From positions 5,318 through 69,317 of the forward strand of contig NZ_CAUWGY010000002.1 in the NCBI RefSeq assembly GCF_963558415.1: DNA of 64,000 bases, in the 5' to 3' direction. The translations under genes and the position numbers were made by a program. This document shows, piece by piece, positions 25,399 to 34,518 of the stretch (within the stretch, counting starts at the first letter, position 1; each line of letters begins with the position of its first letter). Source of the stretch: an uncultured Ruthenibacterium sp. (GTDB lineage: Bacteria > Bacillota > Clostridia > Oscillospirales > Ruminococcaceae). The notes beneath the pieces are model-generated. The model ran no database searches and was not told the DNA's origin. It was given only the letters and a program-made list of their open reading frames with translations.

Positions 25399-27813
25399 TT
25401 ATGCTGCGTGTTCTGTACACATACCTGGAATTTGGTCTGCCTTGTAATAGCCTGTGGCCGTGCGTGGACAATTTGCAGTCGCAATTCCACCACTGGATAG
25501 ACAATAGGTTTCTTCGACTACAGTGGAATCGACCGGGAACTCCTTTGTTTCCAACGAGCTCTGTGCTTTTCGCATCACATAGCGCCATGCACTGGTCGGC
25601 GCATGAGTACCCGCCGAGGTATTCAATGCAAACCCGGAATCATAACCATACCAAGTGGCAGTAACATAATAGGGCGTTAGGCCCACGAACCAATAGTCAC
25701 GGTTGTCTGAACTGGTACCGGTTTTGCCTACACTGTCCATGGAACCGCCCACGCTATATCCCGCTGCAGTGCCATTTCCCTCCATTACACCTCGCAAAAG
25801 CCGATTCATCACGTAGGCCGTGTCGCTGTCCAGAACTTGCTTTGTCTCTAGTTCCGGAGTAAGGATCTCCCGTCCATACCCGGTTTGCACGCTTTCATAA
25901 CTATGAAGCGTGGTAAAGCTGCCTCCGTTGCCAAACATCATATATGCGCCCGCAAGTTCATAAGGTGTCACACCGTAAGTGGAGGACCCCAGAATCATCG
26001 GTCCGGAATCCTTATCCTCTTGCGTAAAGCTGGTGATTTCCAATTGTTCGGTCACAAACTTGTAAATATTGTCTACGCCCGCCAGTTCGCCTACACGCAC
26101 TGCTACGGTGTTGATGCTTTGGGCAAGTGCATCCGCAACCAGCATATTCTTCTCGCTGTAAGTTTTGGAGAAGTTTGCCGGCCAATCCTTCATTTCGCCG
26201 GTGTTCTCATCTTCGATTTGACGCACCGGAGCGTCCAGAAAAGGTGTGGACCATGTGATCTGATCCTGCTCAAGTGCCAAAGCATAGGCACCGATAGGCT
26301 TCATCGTACTGCCAACTTGCCGCAGTGCATCCGTGCCTCTGTTGAATCCGCGGCTGACTTCTTTCTCGCCCAAGCCGCCCACTACTGCGCACAACCGACC
26401 CTCATAATCCACGCTGACCATCGCTGCCTGCGGATATTCGATAATTTCTTGTGTAACGGGGTTTCCGTTTTCATCCAAAACACGATTTCCAGCATCGTCG
26501 TATACATACGCAGTGGTCTTGACTCCCAAACCGCTCTGCGGGAAGAAATTTCCATACAACATGGCATTCTCCATTTGCTCCTGTAATTGGGGGTCCACCG
26601 TGGTATAAATTCTCAAACCGCCATTGTAAAGCAAATTGGTCGTTTCGGTACCATTGAGTCCGTACTCCTCCCGCAATGCAGCAGAAATATCACTGAGCAC
26701 CTTATCTGTAAAATAACTTGTGACAGGGGTCTCATTCACCGGAAGATTTCCCGGGGAAAGCCCAATTGGCTCTGCTGACGCAGAATTGTATTCCTCTTCG
26801 GAAATATACCCTTGCTGCCACATTTCATACAAAATATAATTGCGCCGTGATAAATGCGTATCCGGATTTGTCACCGGATCATAGCGCGTAGGATTTTTTG
26901 TAATGGCTGCGATCGAAGCACACTGAGCCAAATCCAGCTCACTGGCCGATTTTCCAAAAAGCTTAATGCTCTCAGCCTCTACTCCTGCCGTGTTTCCAGT
27001 AAAACTGATTACATTCAGATATGCTTCTAAAATCTGGTCTTTGTCATACGTTGCATCCAGCCAAAGGGCACGCCAAATCTCACGGACCTTACGGAAATAG
27101 CCATCCAGTCCGCCACTCTCTTCGTCCCTGGTCAGATTTTTTACAAGCTGCTGTGTGATGGTAGAAGCCCCTTGTTTGATTCCATCCTCACCGCCAAAGT
27201 AGGTCCCGGTGAGCATTTTTTTCATTTCGTTCAACACTGCAAAGGCCGTTCGTTTCCAGCTCACGCCATGATGCTTGTAGAAATCTCGGTCCTCAATTGC
27301 AACAAATGCATTTTGCATATCTTCCGGTATCTCACTGAGCGATATCCATTTTTTCTGTTGCGTCGCTTCCAGGCGGGCGTATTCTTCCCATTCCCCTGTG
27401 GTCCGGTTCTGCGCATACAGAATCGTAGCGTCTTTGTGAGGAAGCTGATCCAGATCCAGCCACAAAAAATCATTCCGGGTCGCATTGTAAAGATATATTC
27501 CCAGCACCGTACTGCAAATGACCAAAAGACAGCACAAAGAAGCCACCAATGGCCAAATCCAACGATGTTTTTTTCGGCTTGTGGCTTTTTTCTCTGGTTT
27601 ATGAACTCTTTTTTCTCTCTTTTTGCGGCTGGAGCGATTTTCAAAAGTCTCTTGCTGCTCATTTGCCGTCAAATCCTCCAGCAAATGTTCGCCATCTTCT
27701 TCCGGCATCCCGATGGGAGTCTCAAAAAGGTCAGGCTCCTCCTGCCTTTTTACTCCTTCTGATTCGTTCCGGTATTGCTTAGGAAGCCGGATATTTCGCT
27801 TTTCAGGCAGCAT
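25399..27813 (-). CDS. Bifunctional class A penicillin-binding protein (PBP1A family; GT51 glycosyltransferase plus transpeptidase)
   Basis: GT51 motifs AFVAIEDRDFYKHHG and GASTITQQLVKN. Transpeptidase motifs GSTMKP (SxxK) and VGKTGTS (KTG). N-terminal basic tail plus one TM helix. ATG at 27813 behind GAGGGGTGAGG. Confidence 0.9.
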   Translation of the reverse strand: MLPEKRNIRLPKQYRNESEGVKRQEEPDLFETPIGMPEEDGEHLLEDLTANEQQETFENRSSRKKREKRVHKPEKKATSRKKHRWIWPLVASLCCLLVICSTVLGIYLYNATRNDFLWLDLDQLPHKDATILYAQNRTTGEWEEYARLEATQQKKWISLSEIPEDMQNAFVAIEDRDFYKHHGVSWKRTAFAVLNEMKKMLTGTYFGGEDGIKQGASTITQQLVKNLTRDEESGGLDGYFRKVREIWRALWLDATYDKDQILEAYLNVISFTGNTAGVEAESIKLFGKSASELDLAQCASIAAITKNPTRYDPVTNPDTHLSRRNYILYEMWQQGYISEEEYNSASAEPIGLSPGNLPVNETPVTSYFTDKVLSDISAALREEYGLNGTETTNLLYNGGLRIYTTVDPQLQEQMENAMLYGNFFPQSGLGVKTTAYVYDDAGNRVLDENGNPVTQEIIEYPQAAMVSVDYEGRLCAVVGGLGEKEVSRGFNRGTDALRQVGSTMKPIGAYALALEQDQITWSTPFLDAPVRQIEDENTGEMKDWPANFSKTYSEKNMLVADALAQSINTVAVRVGELAGVDNIYKFVTEQLEITSFTQEDKDSGPMILGSSTYGVTPYELAGAYMMFGNGGSFTTLHSYESVQTGYGREILTPELETKQVLDSDTAYVMNRLLRGVMEGNGTAAGYSVGGSMDSVGKTGTSSDNRDYWFVGLTPYYVTATWYGYDSGFALNTSAGTHAPTSAWRYVMRKAQSSLETKEFPVDSTVVEETYCLSSGGIATANCPRTATGYYKADQIPGMCTEHAA

Positions 27814-27848
27814 ACACCTCACCCCTCTCTATAAAAAAGAACTACTTT

Positions 27849-28052
27849 TCAGTTTTTCTTCAAATATTTAGGCTTTCCATGTTCATCAATGATGATGGTA
27901 TTATCCAATTGTGCCCGCAAAGAAGCCTTCATGCTGTCAATATATTCTCTGCGCAGAGCAGCCTGCTCCTCTTTCTCCTGCTGTGTCAGCCCCTGCGGGG
28001 TTCGGCTCTTCTGGCTCAACTCATTGATCCGTTTGATTTTTTCATCCGTCAT
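27849..28052 (-). CDS. DUF896 (UPF0291/YnzC-like) small protein
   Basis: 67 aa: MTDEKIKRINELSQKSRTPQGLTQQEKEEQAALRREYIDSMKASLRAQL. RBS AAAGGAG. The ORF-track N-terminal extension is discarded. Confidence 0.7.
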   Translation of the reverse strand: MTDEKIKRINELSQKSRTPQGLTQQEKEEQAALRREYIDSMKASLRAQLDNTIIIDEHGKPKYLKKN

Positions 28053-28082
28053 ACTTCCTGCTCCTTTTTCACATATTAGTAT

Positions 28083-28091
28083 AGTATACCA
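28083..28091 (-). promoter_or_regulatory. Candidate extended -10 promoter of the DUF896 gene
   Basis: Minus strand reads TGgTATACT, 31 nt upstream of ATG 28052. Confidence 0.4.
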
Positions 28092-28121
28092 CAAAACCAT
28101 TGTTTTTGCACGAGGCGGAAA

Positions 28122-28166
28122 GCAGCAGCGGCGCCCGGTATGCAATCGGGCGCCGCTGCTGCTTTT
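28122..28166. terminator. Strong GC hairpin with T-run (terminator-like, orientation unclear)
   Basis: GCAGCAGCGGCGCCCG-gtatgcaat-CGGGCGCCGCTGCTGC, followed by TTTT on the + strand and by TTTCC on the minus strand. No annotated gene ends here. Confidence 0.5.
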
Positions 28167-28533
28167 GTGAAAGAGGAATCAAGGTAAAGAAATCAAATCT
28201 ATTGAAAACCCCGTTTCCAGGGATTATCGTTTGCCGCCGGGCGGCGCAGACAAACCAGCGTTATGCCAATCCGTCAGCACGACCCGGCTTTTTTTAAAGC
28301 CCGGCCTCAGCACCACATTCCGTGTGCACGAAGCTCCGCACGCCTTTGGCAAAAGGCTTCTTTTGCCGCGTACCATCAAAGAGCAGCCTTTCTTCCACGG
28401 GCTCTTTCAGCAGAAGAGGTGGCTCGCAAAACACTCTTTGTGCCAACAATTACATTGTAATGGAAGTTTATGAACAAACTTTGATACTCCGGTTAATGAT
28501 TTGCGAAAAAAGGTATCAGAGCAGTAGTTTTTG

Positions 28534-28542
28534 TGCTACAAT
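28534..28542 (+). promoter_or_regulatory. Candidate extended -10 promoter of queH
   Basis: TGcTACAAT, 33 nt upstream of ATG 28575. Confidence 0.45.
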
Positions 28543-28574
28543 CAATACGAATCCACGCAGAAAGGAAACGCACA

Positions 28575-29210
28575 ATGCCTAAAAATTATCAGCGAGAACT
28601 GGAGTCGTGTCTGCGTACTTTGAACGGCCGCCCGCGCCTTCTCCTTCATAGTTGCTGTGCTCCTTGTTCGAGCTATGTATTAGAATATCTATCCCCTTAT
28701 TTTGAAATTACGGTGGATTATTACAATCCCAATTTGGACAGCGCCGAAGAACACGCTTTGCGCAGTGCTGAGCAGGCACGGTTGATCCAACAGGCTCCCT
28801 TTTGCAGGGATGTGAGCCTTGAGACGGTCGCTTATGATCCAGACGCCTTTTACAAAGCGGTCAAGGGCCTGGAGCAGATTCCAGAGGGTGGCGAACGCTG
28901 TTTTGCCTGCTATCGACTTCGCTTGGAACAGGCCGCAAAACGGTGCCGAGACGGAGGATTCGACTTTTTCACTACCACCCTCTCCATCAGCCCGCACAAA
29001 AATGCTGCCAAATTAAATGAGATTGGCGAAGAATTGGCCACACGTTACAATGTCCGCTGGCTTGCGTCCGATTTCAAAAAGAAAAATGGGTTTAAACGCA
29101 GCACCGAACTGGCCGCTGAGTACGATTTGTATCGTCAGGATTACTGTGGCTGCGTTTTTTCAAAACAGGAGGCAAAAAAACGCCTTCAAAAGGAGGAATC
29201 GACCCAATGA
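28575..29210 (+). CDS. queH: Epoxyqueuosine reductase QueH (DUF208)
   Basis: LLLHSCCAPCSSYVLEYL near the N-terminus and QDYCGCVFS near the C-terminus are the QueH cysteine motifs. Start trimmed to MPKNYQ. Confidence 0.85.
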   Translation: MPKNYQRELESCLRTLNGRPRLLLHSCCAPCSSYVLEYLSPYFEITVDYYNPNLDSAEEHALRSAEQARLIQQAPFCRDVSLETVAYDPDAFYKAVKGLEQIPEGGERCFACYRLRLEQAAKRCRDGGFDFFTTTLSISPHKNAAKLNEIGEELATRYNVRWLASDFKKKNGFKRSTELAAEYDLYRQDYCGCVFSKQEAKKRLQKEESTQ

Positions 29211-30154
29211 AAATCGTTTTGCTGGAGTCTCTGGGTATCTCCGAAGAGTCTTTGCAACGTCGGATTGCGCCGCTTGTACGGGCAGGTCATGTGTTTGAAG
29301 TCTACTCGCGCACTACGGATCCGGAACGCCTTGTGCAGGAATGCGACGGGGCACAGGCCGTACTCTTAGCCAACATGCCTTTTCCAGACGGCGTGATTGA
29401 CCGATGCCAGGATCTTCGTTTTATCGATATTGCATTTACCGGTGTGGACCATGTGGGTCTGGATGCTGCGCGAAAAAAAGGGATCACCGTCAGCAATGCG
29501 TCGGGCTATTCCACCACGGCAGTAGCTGAACTAACAGTGTGCATGATGCTTTCTCTTTTGCGAAACGTCAGCGCTGTACAAACGCGTTGTCGGACCGGAC
29601 AGACGAAGGACGGACTTGTAGGAAGCGAGCTGGCCGGAAAGACTGTGGGCATCGTAGGGACCGGAGCCATTGGTCTTCGGGTGGCAGAGCTTTGTCATGC
29701 ATTCGGATGCGAAATCATCGCCTTTAGCCGCACGCAACGCCCCGAGGCACCGGATTACGTCCGGTATGTTCCGCTGGATGCACTGATGGCTTTATCCGAT
29801 GTAGTGACATTGCATTGTCCTCTGACCGAGCAGACCCGCGGACTGATCAATGAGCAGCGCCTGTCCCTGATGAAGCCCGGTGCACTTTTGATCAATGCTG
29901 CCCGCGGCGGTGTAGTAGATACGCAGGCACTTGCGGACGCTTTAATAAGCGGAAGACTGGGCGGTGCTGGTGTGGATGTATTTGACGTTGAACCCCCGCT
30001 TCCGGAGGATCACCCGCTGCTTCATACTCCAAACACTCTTGTGACACCGCATGTAGCCTTTGCCACTGTACAATCGATGGAACTTCGAGCGGATATCGTA
30101 TTTGACAATCTGATGCAATGGATGAACGGACATCCGGTTCGTCAGATACTTTGA
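29207..30154 (+). CDS. D-isomer-specific 2-hydroxyacid dehydrogenase family protein
   Basis: NAD-binding motif GIVGTGAIGLRVAE, plus INAARGGVVD and the VTPHVAF catalytic His region. ATGA overlap with queH. Confidence 0.85.
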   Translation: MKIVLLESLGISEESLQRRIAPLVRAGHVFEVYSRTTDPERLVQECDGAQAVLLANMPFPDGVIDRCQDLRFIDIAFTGVDHVGLDAARKKGITVSNASGYSTTAVAELTVCMMLSLLRNVSAVQTRCRTGQTKDGLVGSELAGKTVGIVGTGAIGLRVAELCHAFGCEIIAFSRTQRPEAPDYVRYVPLDALMALSDVVTLHCPLTEQTRGLINEQRLSLMKPGALLINAARGGVVDTQALADALISGRLGGAGVDVFDVEPPLPEDHPLLHTPNTLVTPHVAFATVQSMELRADIVFDNLMQWMNGHPVRQIL

Positions 30155-30168
30155 CTCTTTATATGCTC

Positions 30169-30213
30169 ATGCGGCTTGCCTTACAAAATGCAAGGCAAGC
30201 CGCATATTTTTTT
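30169..30213 (+). terminator. Rho-independent terminator
   Basis: ATGCGGCTTGCCTT-acaaaatgc-AAGGCAAGCCGCAT-aTTTTTTT, 15 nt after the stop. Confidence 0.85.
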
Positions 30214-30289
30214 GCAGCACGTCCCAAACTTCTCCTGAACGGAGTGCTGCGCGAAAAGCGCATCCAATACACTTCATAAGGAGTATAGC

Positions 30290-31825
30290 ATGGAAGAATC
30301 ATTGGAACTACGCATGCAAGAAACCATCCACGATTTTGCGGACAAACCCGTTGCATTCAGCTCCGGCGAATTGGACCGAAAGATGTACAAAGGAATGTCC
30401 GGCAATATGGGCAGCTACGCGCAGAGAGATCCAAAGCGTCATATGCTTCGTCTGCGTACTGTTGGCGGCCAAATTGACCAAACAAAATTGCAATTTGTCG
30501 CCGACGCGGTAGAGCGCTTTCAAATAGGACGTTTAAAAATTACCACCTGTCAAACACTTCAGCTTCATGATCTCCCCCCTGAGTCCTTGGCCCCTCTAAT
30601 GGAGCAAGCACTAACATATGGCATCGTTACGTTAGGAGGCGGCGGAGACAACCCCCGCAGCGTGATGGCAAGTCCTCTGTCCGGTGTGGAACCAAAGGAA
30701 GCTTTCGATGTCCTCCCATACGCACAAGCCGTATCGGACGATTTGGTGGCCCATCTGTTGGATCTGCATCTGCCACGAAAGTTAAAAATTGGTTTTTCCA
30801 ACGGACCGCGAAACGAGACCCATGCCACCTTTCGAGATTTGGGATTTGTAGCGCAACCGGACGGTACGTTTCGTGTGTATTGTGCCGGCGGACTTGGTCC
30901 CAATCCCAAGCTTGGAATTTGCGTAGTCGAAAAGCTCCCCGCTTCGGACATTTTATATTGTGTGGATGCAATGCTTGACGTATTTACTACCTTTGGAAAT
31001 TATGAAAACCGCGCCCGGGCTCGCACCCGATACCTTCAGGAGACGCTTGGCCCTGAACGGCTGCAAGCCGAATTTCAAAAAGCACTGAAAAAGGCTCGTT
31101 CTTTCTCACGCACCTTTATCCCCAGCACTTTCCCCATTGCGAAAGAACCGGATGGTCAGATACGCGCACAACGCGTTCTTCCTCAAAAGCAAAAAGGATT
31201 GTATACCGTTTGCTATCATCCCACCGGCGGTTATCTGCCTGTGACACTTCCACGCCGTCTTCACAAAGCCCTCAGCCAAATGGAGCAAACACAAGTTCGT
31301 TTGGGTCCAGATGGCACACTGTACGTCATCAACCTGACCGGGCGGGAAGTTCCAGAAATTCTGCAACTCACGCAAGGCGGTGCGAATACTTGCTTTGAGT
31401 CCAGCGTCAGTTGTGTAGGTGCATCCGTTTGTCAGCAGGGCATACGCGATTCGCAGGGATTGCTGGCCGCCATGTTGGAGGCCGTACGTCCGTACCACTT
31501 TCAGGATGGTGTCCTGCCTCAAGTGCGCATTTCCGGATGCCCGTCCAGTTGCGGCTGTCATTCAATTGCCGGCCTTGGTTTTGCAGGCAGTGTAAAACTG
31601 GTCGATAAAGTAGCGCATCCTGCCTTTTCCGTCTTTGCCGGCGGCAATGAGTTGCAGTTGCAGGAGTGTCTGGGCGAAAAACTGGGAGTAATGCTGGAGA
31701 GAGATATTCCCGCGTTTATGATTCGCCTCGGACAGCTCATTCAGGCAGAAAACACCACTTTTGAGCGATGGTTTCCTTCTCACAGAAAGCAACTGATTGA
31801 TTTGGCCTCCGAATTCTTTGTATAA
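30290..31825 (+). CDS. Nitrite/sulfite reductase family protein (siroheme/4Fe-4S type)
   Basis: 511 aa. Cluster cysteines CVGASVC (C-x5-C) and GCPSSCGC (C-x3-C). RBS AAGGAG. Confidence 0.75.
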   Translation: MEESLELRMQETIHDFADKPVAFSSGELDRKMYKGMSGNMGSYAQRDPKRHMLRLRTVGGQIDQTKLQFVADAVERFQIGRLKITTCQTLQLHDLPPESLAPLMEQALTYGIVTLGGGGDNPRSVMASPLSGVEPKEAFDVLPYAQAVSDDLVAHLLDLHLPRKLKIGFSNGPRNETHATFRDLGFVAQPDGTFRVYCAGGLGPNPKLGICVVEKLPASDILYCVDAMLDVFTTFGNYENRARARTRYLQETLGPERLQAEFQKALKKARSFSRTFIPSTFPIAKEPDGQIRAQRVLPQKQKGLYTVCYHPTGGYLPVTLPRRLHKALSQMEQTQVRLGPDGTLYVINLTGREVPEILQLTQGGANTCFESSVSCVGASVCQQGIRDSQGLLAAMLEAVRPYHFQDGVLPQVRISGCPSSCGCHSIAGLGFAGSVKLVDKVAHPAFSVFAGGNELQLQECLGEKLGVMLERDIPAFMIRLGQLIQAENTTFERWFPSHRKQLIDLASEFFV

Positions 31826-31833
31826 GTCAATCA

Positions 31834-31863
31834 AAAAGGCCCTGCCATCCGGCAGGGCCTTTA
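31834..31863. terminator. Bidirectional terminator between convergent genes
   Basis: AAAAA-GGCCCTGCC-atcc-GGCAGGGCC-TTT. The T-run is better on the minus strand (the ADH gene). Confidence 0.75.
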
Positions 31864-31868
31864 AAGAT

Positions 31869-33017
31869 TTACAATAGTTTTCGATACAACGCAGCAATTT
31901 CTTCCACGGATGTATCACGAGGATTTCCCGGACGGCATGCGTCCGCATAAGCGGATTCTGCCAAGAAGGTCACATCCTCCTCTTTTACAATTTGCTTCAG
32001 ATCCGCAGGGATTCCCACGTCTGCGCTCAACTTTTGGACCGCTTCGCACGCAGCTTTGCGATATTCGTCCTGCGTCATAGCGTCTACACCTTCCACACCC
32101 ATGGCACGGGCGATCTCGCGGTATTTCTCACCTGTGCAAGGTGCGTTATACTCCATCACCGTAGGCAATAAGATGGCATTTGCCACACCGTGCGGAGTAT
32201 CGTATACAGCGCCCAAAGAGTGCGCCATGGAATGTACAATTCCGAGTCCCACATTGGAGAAACCTTGTCCTGCAATGTACTGCGCCAAAGCCATGCCTTC
32301 ACGGCCTTCAGCCTCTCCGGCCACAGAGGAGCGCAGATATTTAGAAATCAGACGGATGGCCTCCAAATGGAACATATCGGTCATCTCCCAAGCGCCCTTG
32401 GTGATGTATCCCTCAATTGCATGGGTCAAAGCATCCATACCGGTAGCAGCCGTCAATCCTTTGGGCATCGTAGCCATCATGTCCGGATCGATTACAGCCA
32501 CTTCCGGAATGTCATGCGTGTCAACACAGACAAATTTGCGTTTCTTCTCCACATCGGTGATTACATAATTGATGGTCACTTCCGCAGCGGTTCCGGCCGT
32601 TGTGGGTACGGCAATGGTAAACACCGCATGCTTTTTGGTAGGCGCCACACCTTCCAAACTACGCACATCCGCAAATTCGGGATTTTCTGCGATAATTCCC
32701 ACCGCTTTGGCCGTATCCATAGAGGAACCACCGCCAATAGCAATGATGCAATCTGCACCACTGGCCTTGAATGCAGCTACACCGTGCTGTACATTTTCGA
32801 TGGTGGGATTGGCCTTTATGTCACTGTAAATTTCATATGCAAAATTCGCCGCGTCCAAAAGACGGGTGACCTTGTCCGTCACTCCAAATTTCAAAAGATC
32901 CGGATCTGAGCAGACAAAAGCCTTCTGATAACCACGGCCCGTCAATTCTGGAACAATATTTTCCAGTGCCCCTTTCCCGTGATAGGAAATGGTATTTAAT
33001 ACGATACGATTTGCCAT
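31869..33017 (-). CDS. Iron-containing (group III) alcohol dehydrogenase (FucO/lactaldehyde reductase-like)
   Basis: Motifs GGGSSMDTAKAV and HSMAHSLGAVYDTPHGVANA. 382 aa from MANRIVLNT. The 128-codon upstream extension in the ORF track has no support. Confidence 0.85.
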   Translation of the reverse strand: MANRIVLNTISYHGKGALENIVPELTGRGYQKAFVCSDPDLLKFGVTDKVTRLLDAANFAYEIYSDIKANPTIENVQHGVAAFKASGADCIIAIGGGSSMDTAKAVGIIAENPEFADVRSLEGVAPTKKHAVFTIAVPTTAGTAAEVTINYVITDVEKKRKFVCVDTHDIPEVAVIDPDMMATMPKGLTAATGMDALTHAIEGYITKGAWEMTDMFHLEAIRLISKYLRSSVAGEAEGREGMALAQYIAGQGFSNVGLGIVHSMAHSLGAVYDTPHGVANAILLPTVMEYNAPCTGEKYREIARAMGVEGVDAMTQDEYRKAACEAVQKLSADVGIPADLKQIVKEEDVTFLAESAYADACRPGNPRDTSVEEIAALYRKLL

Positions 33018-33168
33018 GTGAAAACAACTCCTTTCAAATCCTGGGCTTGTGATTTTATCATACCGTTTCGGTGAAAGAAAATCCAGAGCATTCACGATTT
33101 TTTTACATTTGTTTTCAAAGGTGCAGATATGGTACAATAAAATGACCAATTTTTCAAAGGAGACCCCT

Positions 33169-33990
33169 ATGCCGAACTGGATTGAAATCGATGATTTATC
33201 CCGGCCAGAACTTGATATGTTCACTCGCCTGACAGAGCCGCAGTTGCGCAACCGAAAAGAACCAGAGATGGGAATTTTTATTGCGGAGAGCCCGAAAGTG
33301 ATTGAACTTGCACTAAATGCAGGCTGTGAACCCCTGGCCTTTTTAATGGAAAGGAAAAAGGCAGAGGGTACGGCCCGAGAGCTTTTGTGCCGTTGTCCCA
33401 ACGTCCCGGTCTATACGGCAGAGCGCGAACAATTGGCTACCCTGACCGGTTTTGCCCTGACCCGCGGCGTATTATGCGCAATGCGCCGTCCGCCCCTTCG
33501 CTCAATGGCAGAAATCTGTCGCGGCGCCCGGCGCATTGCCGTATTGGAAGGTATTGTAGATGCCACCAACTTAGGTGCAATTTTTCGTTCGGCCGCTGCC
33601 TTAAACATGGATGGCGTACTCCTTACCACTACGTGTTGCGACCCGCTTCGCCGGCGAGCTGCAAGGGTCAGTATGGGAACGGTCTTTCAAATTCCCTGGG
33701 CACGCATCACTCTGCCTTGGCCGGAACAAGGTCTAACAATTCTGCGTGACAACGGATTCAAGACGGCTGCTCTTGCCCTTAGCGAGCGCTCCATAAGCAT
33801 CCGCGACCCACGTCTGGCCAGTGCGGAAAAACTCGCATTGGTGCTGGGAACAGAAGGCGACGGTCTGTGTCAGGAAACCATCGCCAAGTGCGATTATACC
33901 GTGCGCATTCCCATGGCCAACGGAGTAGACTCACTAAATGTAGCGGCTGCAGCCGCTTTGGCCTTTTGGCAAACACAACCGCAGAATTAA
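33169..33990 (+). CDS. TrmH/SpoU family RNA 2'-O-methyltransferase
   Basis: SPOUT motifs NLGAIFRSAAAL, LVLGTEGDGL and IPMANGVDSLNVAAAAALAFW. Start at MPNWIEI behind AAGGAG. Confidence 0.85.
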   Translation: MPNWIEIDDLSRPELDMFTRLTEPQLRNRKEPEMGIFIAESPKVIELALNAGCEPLAFLMERKKAEGTARELLCRCPNVPVYTAEREQLATLTGFALTRGVLCAMRRPPLRSMAEICRGARRIAVLEGIVDATNLGAIFRSAAALNMDGVLLTTTCCDPLRRRAARVSMGTVFQIPWARITLPWPEQGLTILRDNGFKTAALALSERSISIRDPRLASAEKLALVLGTEGDGLCQETIAKCDYTVRIPMANGVDSLNVAAAAALAFWQTQPQN

Positions 33991-34026
33991 AAACAGCGCT
34001 GCCCAGTCGGGCAGCGCTGTTTTTTA
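33989..34026. terminator. Bidirectional rho-independent terminator
   Basis: AAAAA-CAGCGCTGCCC-agtc-GGGCAGCGCTG-TTTTTT between convergent genes. Confidence 0.85.
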
Positions 34027-34518
34027 CTTTTTCACGGCTTGCTCCAAGGCCGCCAAATCTTCTTGGTCCGGATGGCTGAGCGCACGGTCAAAATTCTCAA
34101 TCATCATGGGAAGATTCGGTGCGTGTTCCGGGCTCTCCATCATTTTCTCGTATCTGGCACGCACAGACATAGGCATTTTGCCCTGGCACATGAAAGTTCC
34201 AACCAGCTTTGCCTCATTCGGCAAATAATCCCTCACCCGATTCAGAATACTTTCAAAATACGACGGGGTTCCGCCAAATCCTGCCGTTCCAAACAGGAAC
34301 ACCTGTTGATTGGAAACGCTTTTTAAAAACTCAGCAATCTGCGAGTCGCAATTTCCTTTGTCTGTCCAAAATCCCACATAGATTCGATCTGCTTCCAGCG
34401 CACGAGCGCTCGGTTCACCGAAGTAAATACAGTCTTGTGACCCAAGGACCGACTGGATCTTTTCGGCCAAACATTTTGTATTTCCGGTTTTGCTGCTGTA
34501 AACAATTGCATACTTCAT
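34024..34518 (-). CDS. Flavodoxin family protein
   Basis: MKYAIVYSSKTGNTK (FMN phosphate-binding S/T-x-T-G-x-T). 164 aa. ATGA overlap with the upstream gene. Confidence 0.8.
   Translation of the reverse strand: MKYAIVYSSKTGNTKCLAEKIQSVLGSQDCIYFGEPSARALEADRIYVGFWTDKGNCDSQIAEFLKSVSNQQVFLFGTAGFGGTPSYFESILNRVRDYLPNEAKLVGTFMCQGKMPMSVRARYEKMMESPEHAPNLPMMIENFDRALSHPDQEDLAALEQAVKK

Noticed and set aside
28166-28533. Assignment of the unexplained spacer to a T-box, TPP or ZTP riboswitch
   Set aside because: There are only partial look-alikes (GATGGTACGCGG versus the T-box; GGTGCTGAGG and GGGTCGTGCTGAC versus TPP/ZTP cores). The spacing, the required helices and the downstream gene class (a DUF896 gene with its own promoter) do not fit. 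The region is left as unassigned.
31869-33401. Long N-terminal extensions in the ORF track (here 128 codons; also 36186-37265, 11982-13295, 33049-33990, 22737-23942, 18684-20327, 27849-28145)
   Set aside because: Internal Met codons with strong RBSs give proteins of family-typical length, for example Cys2 right after Met in the Ntn hydrolase. The extensions overlap neighbouring genes or promoters.
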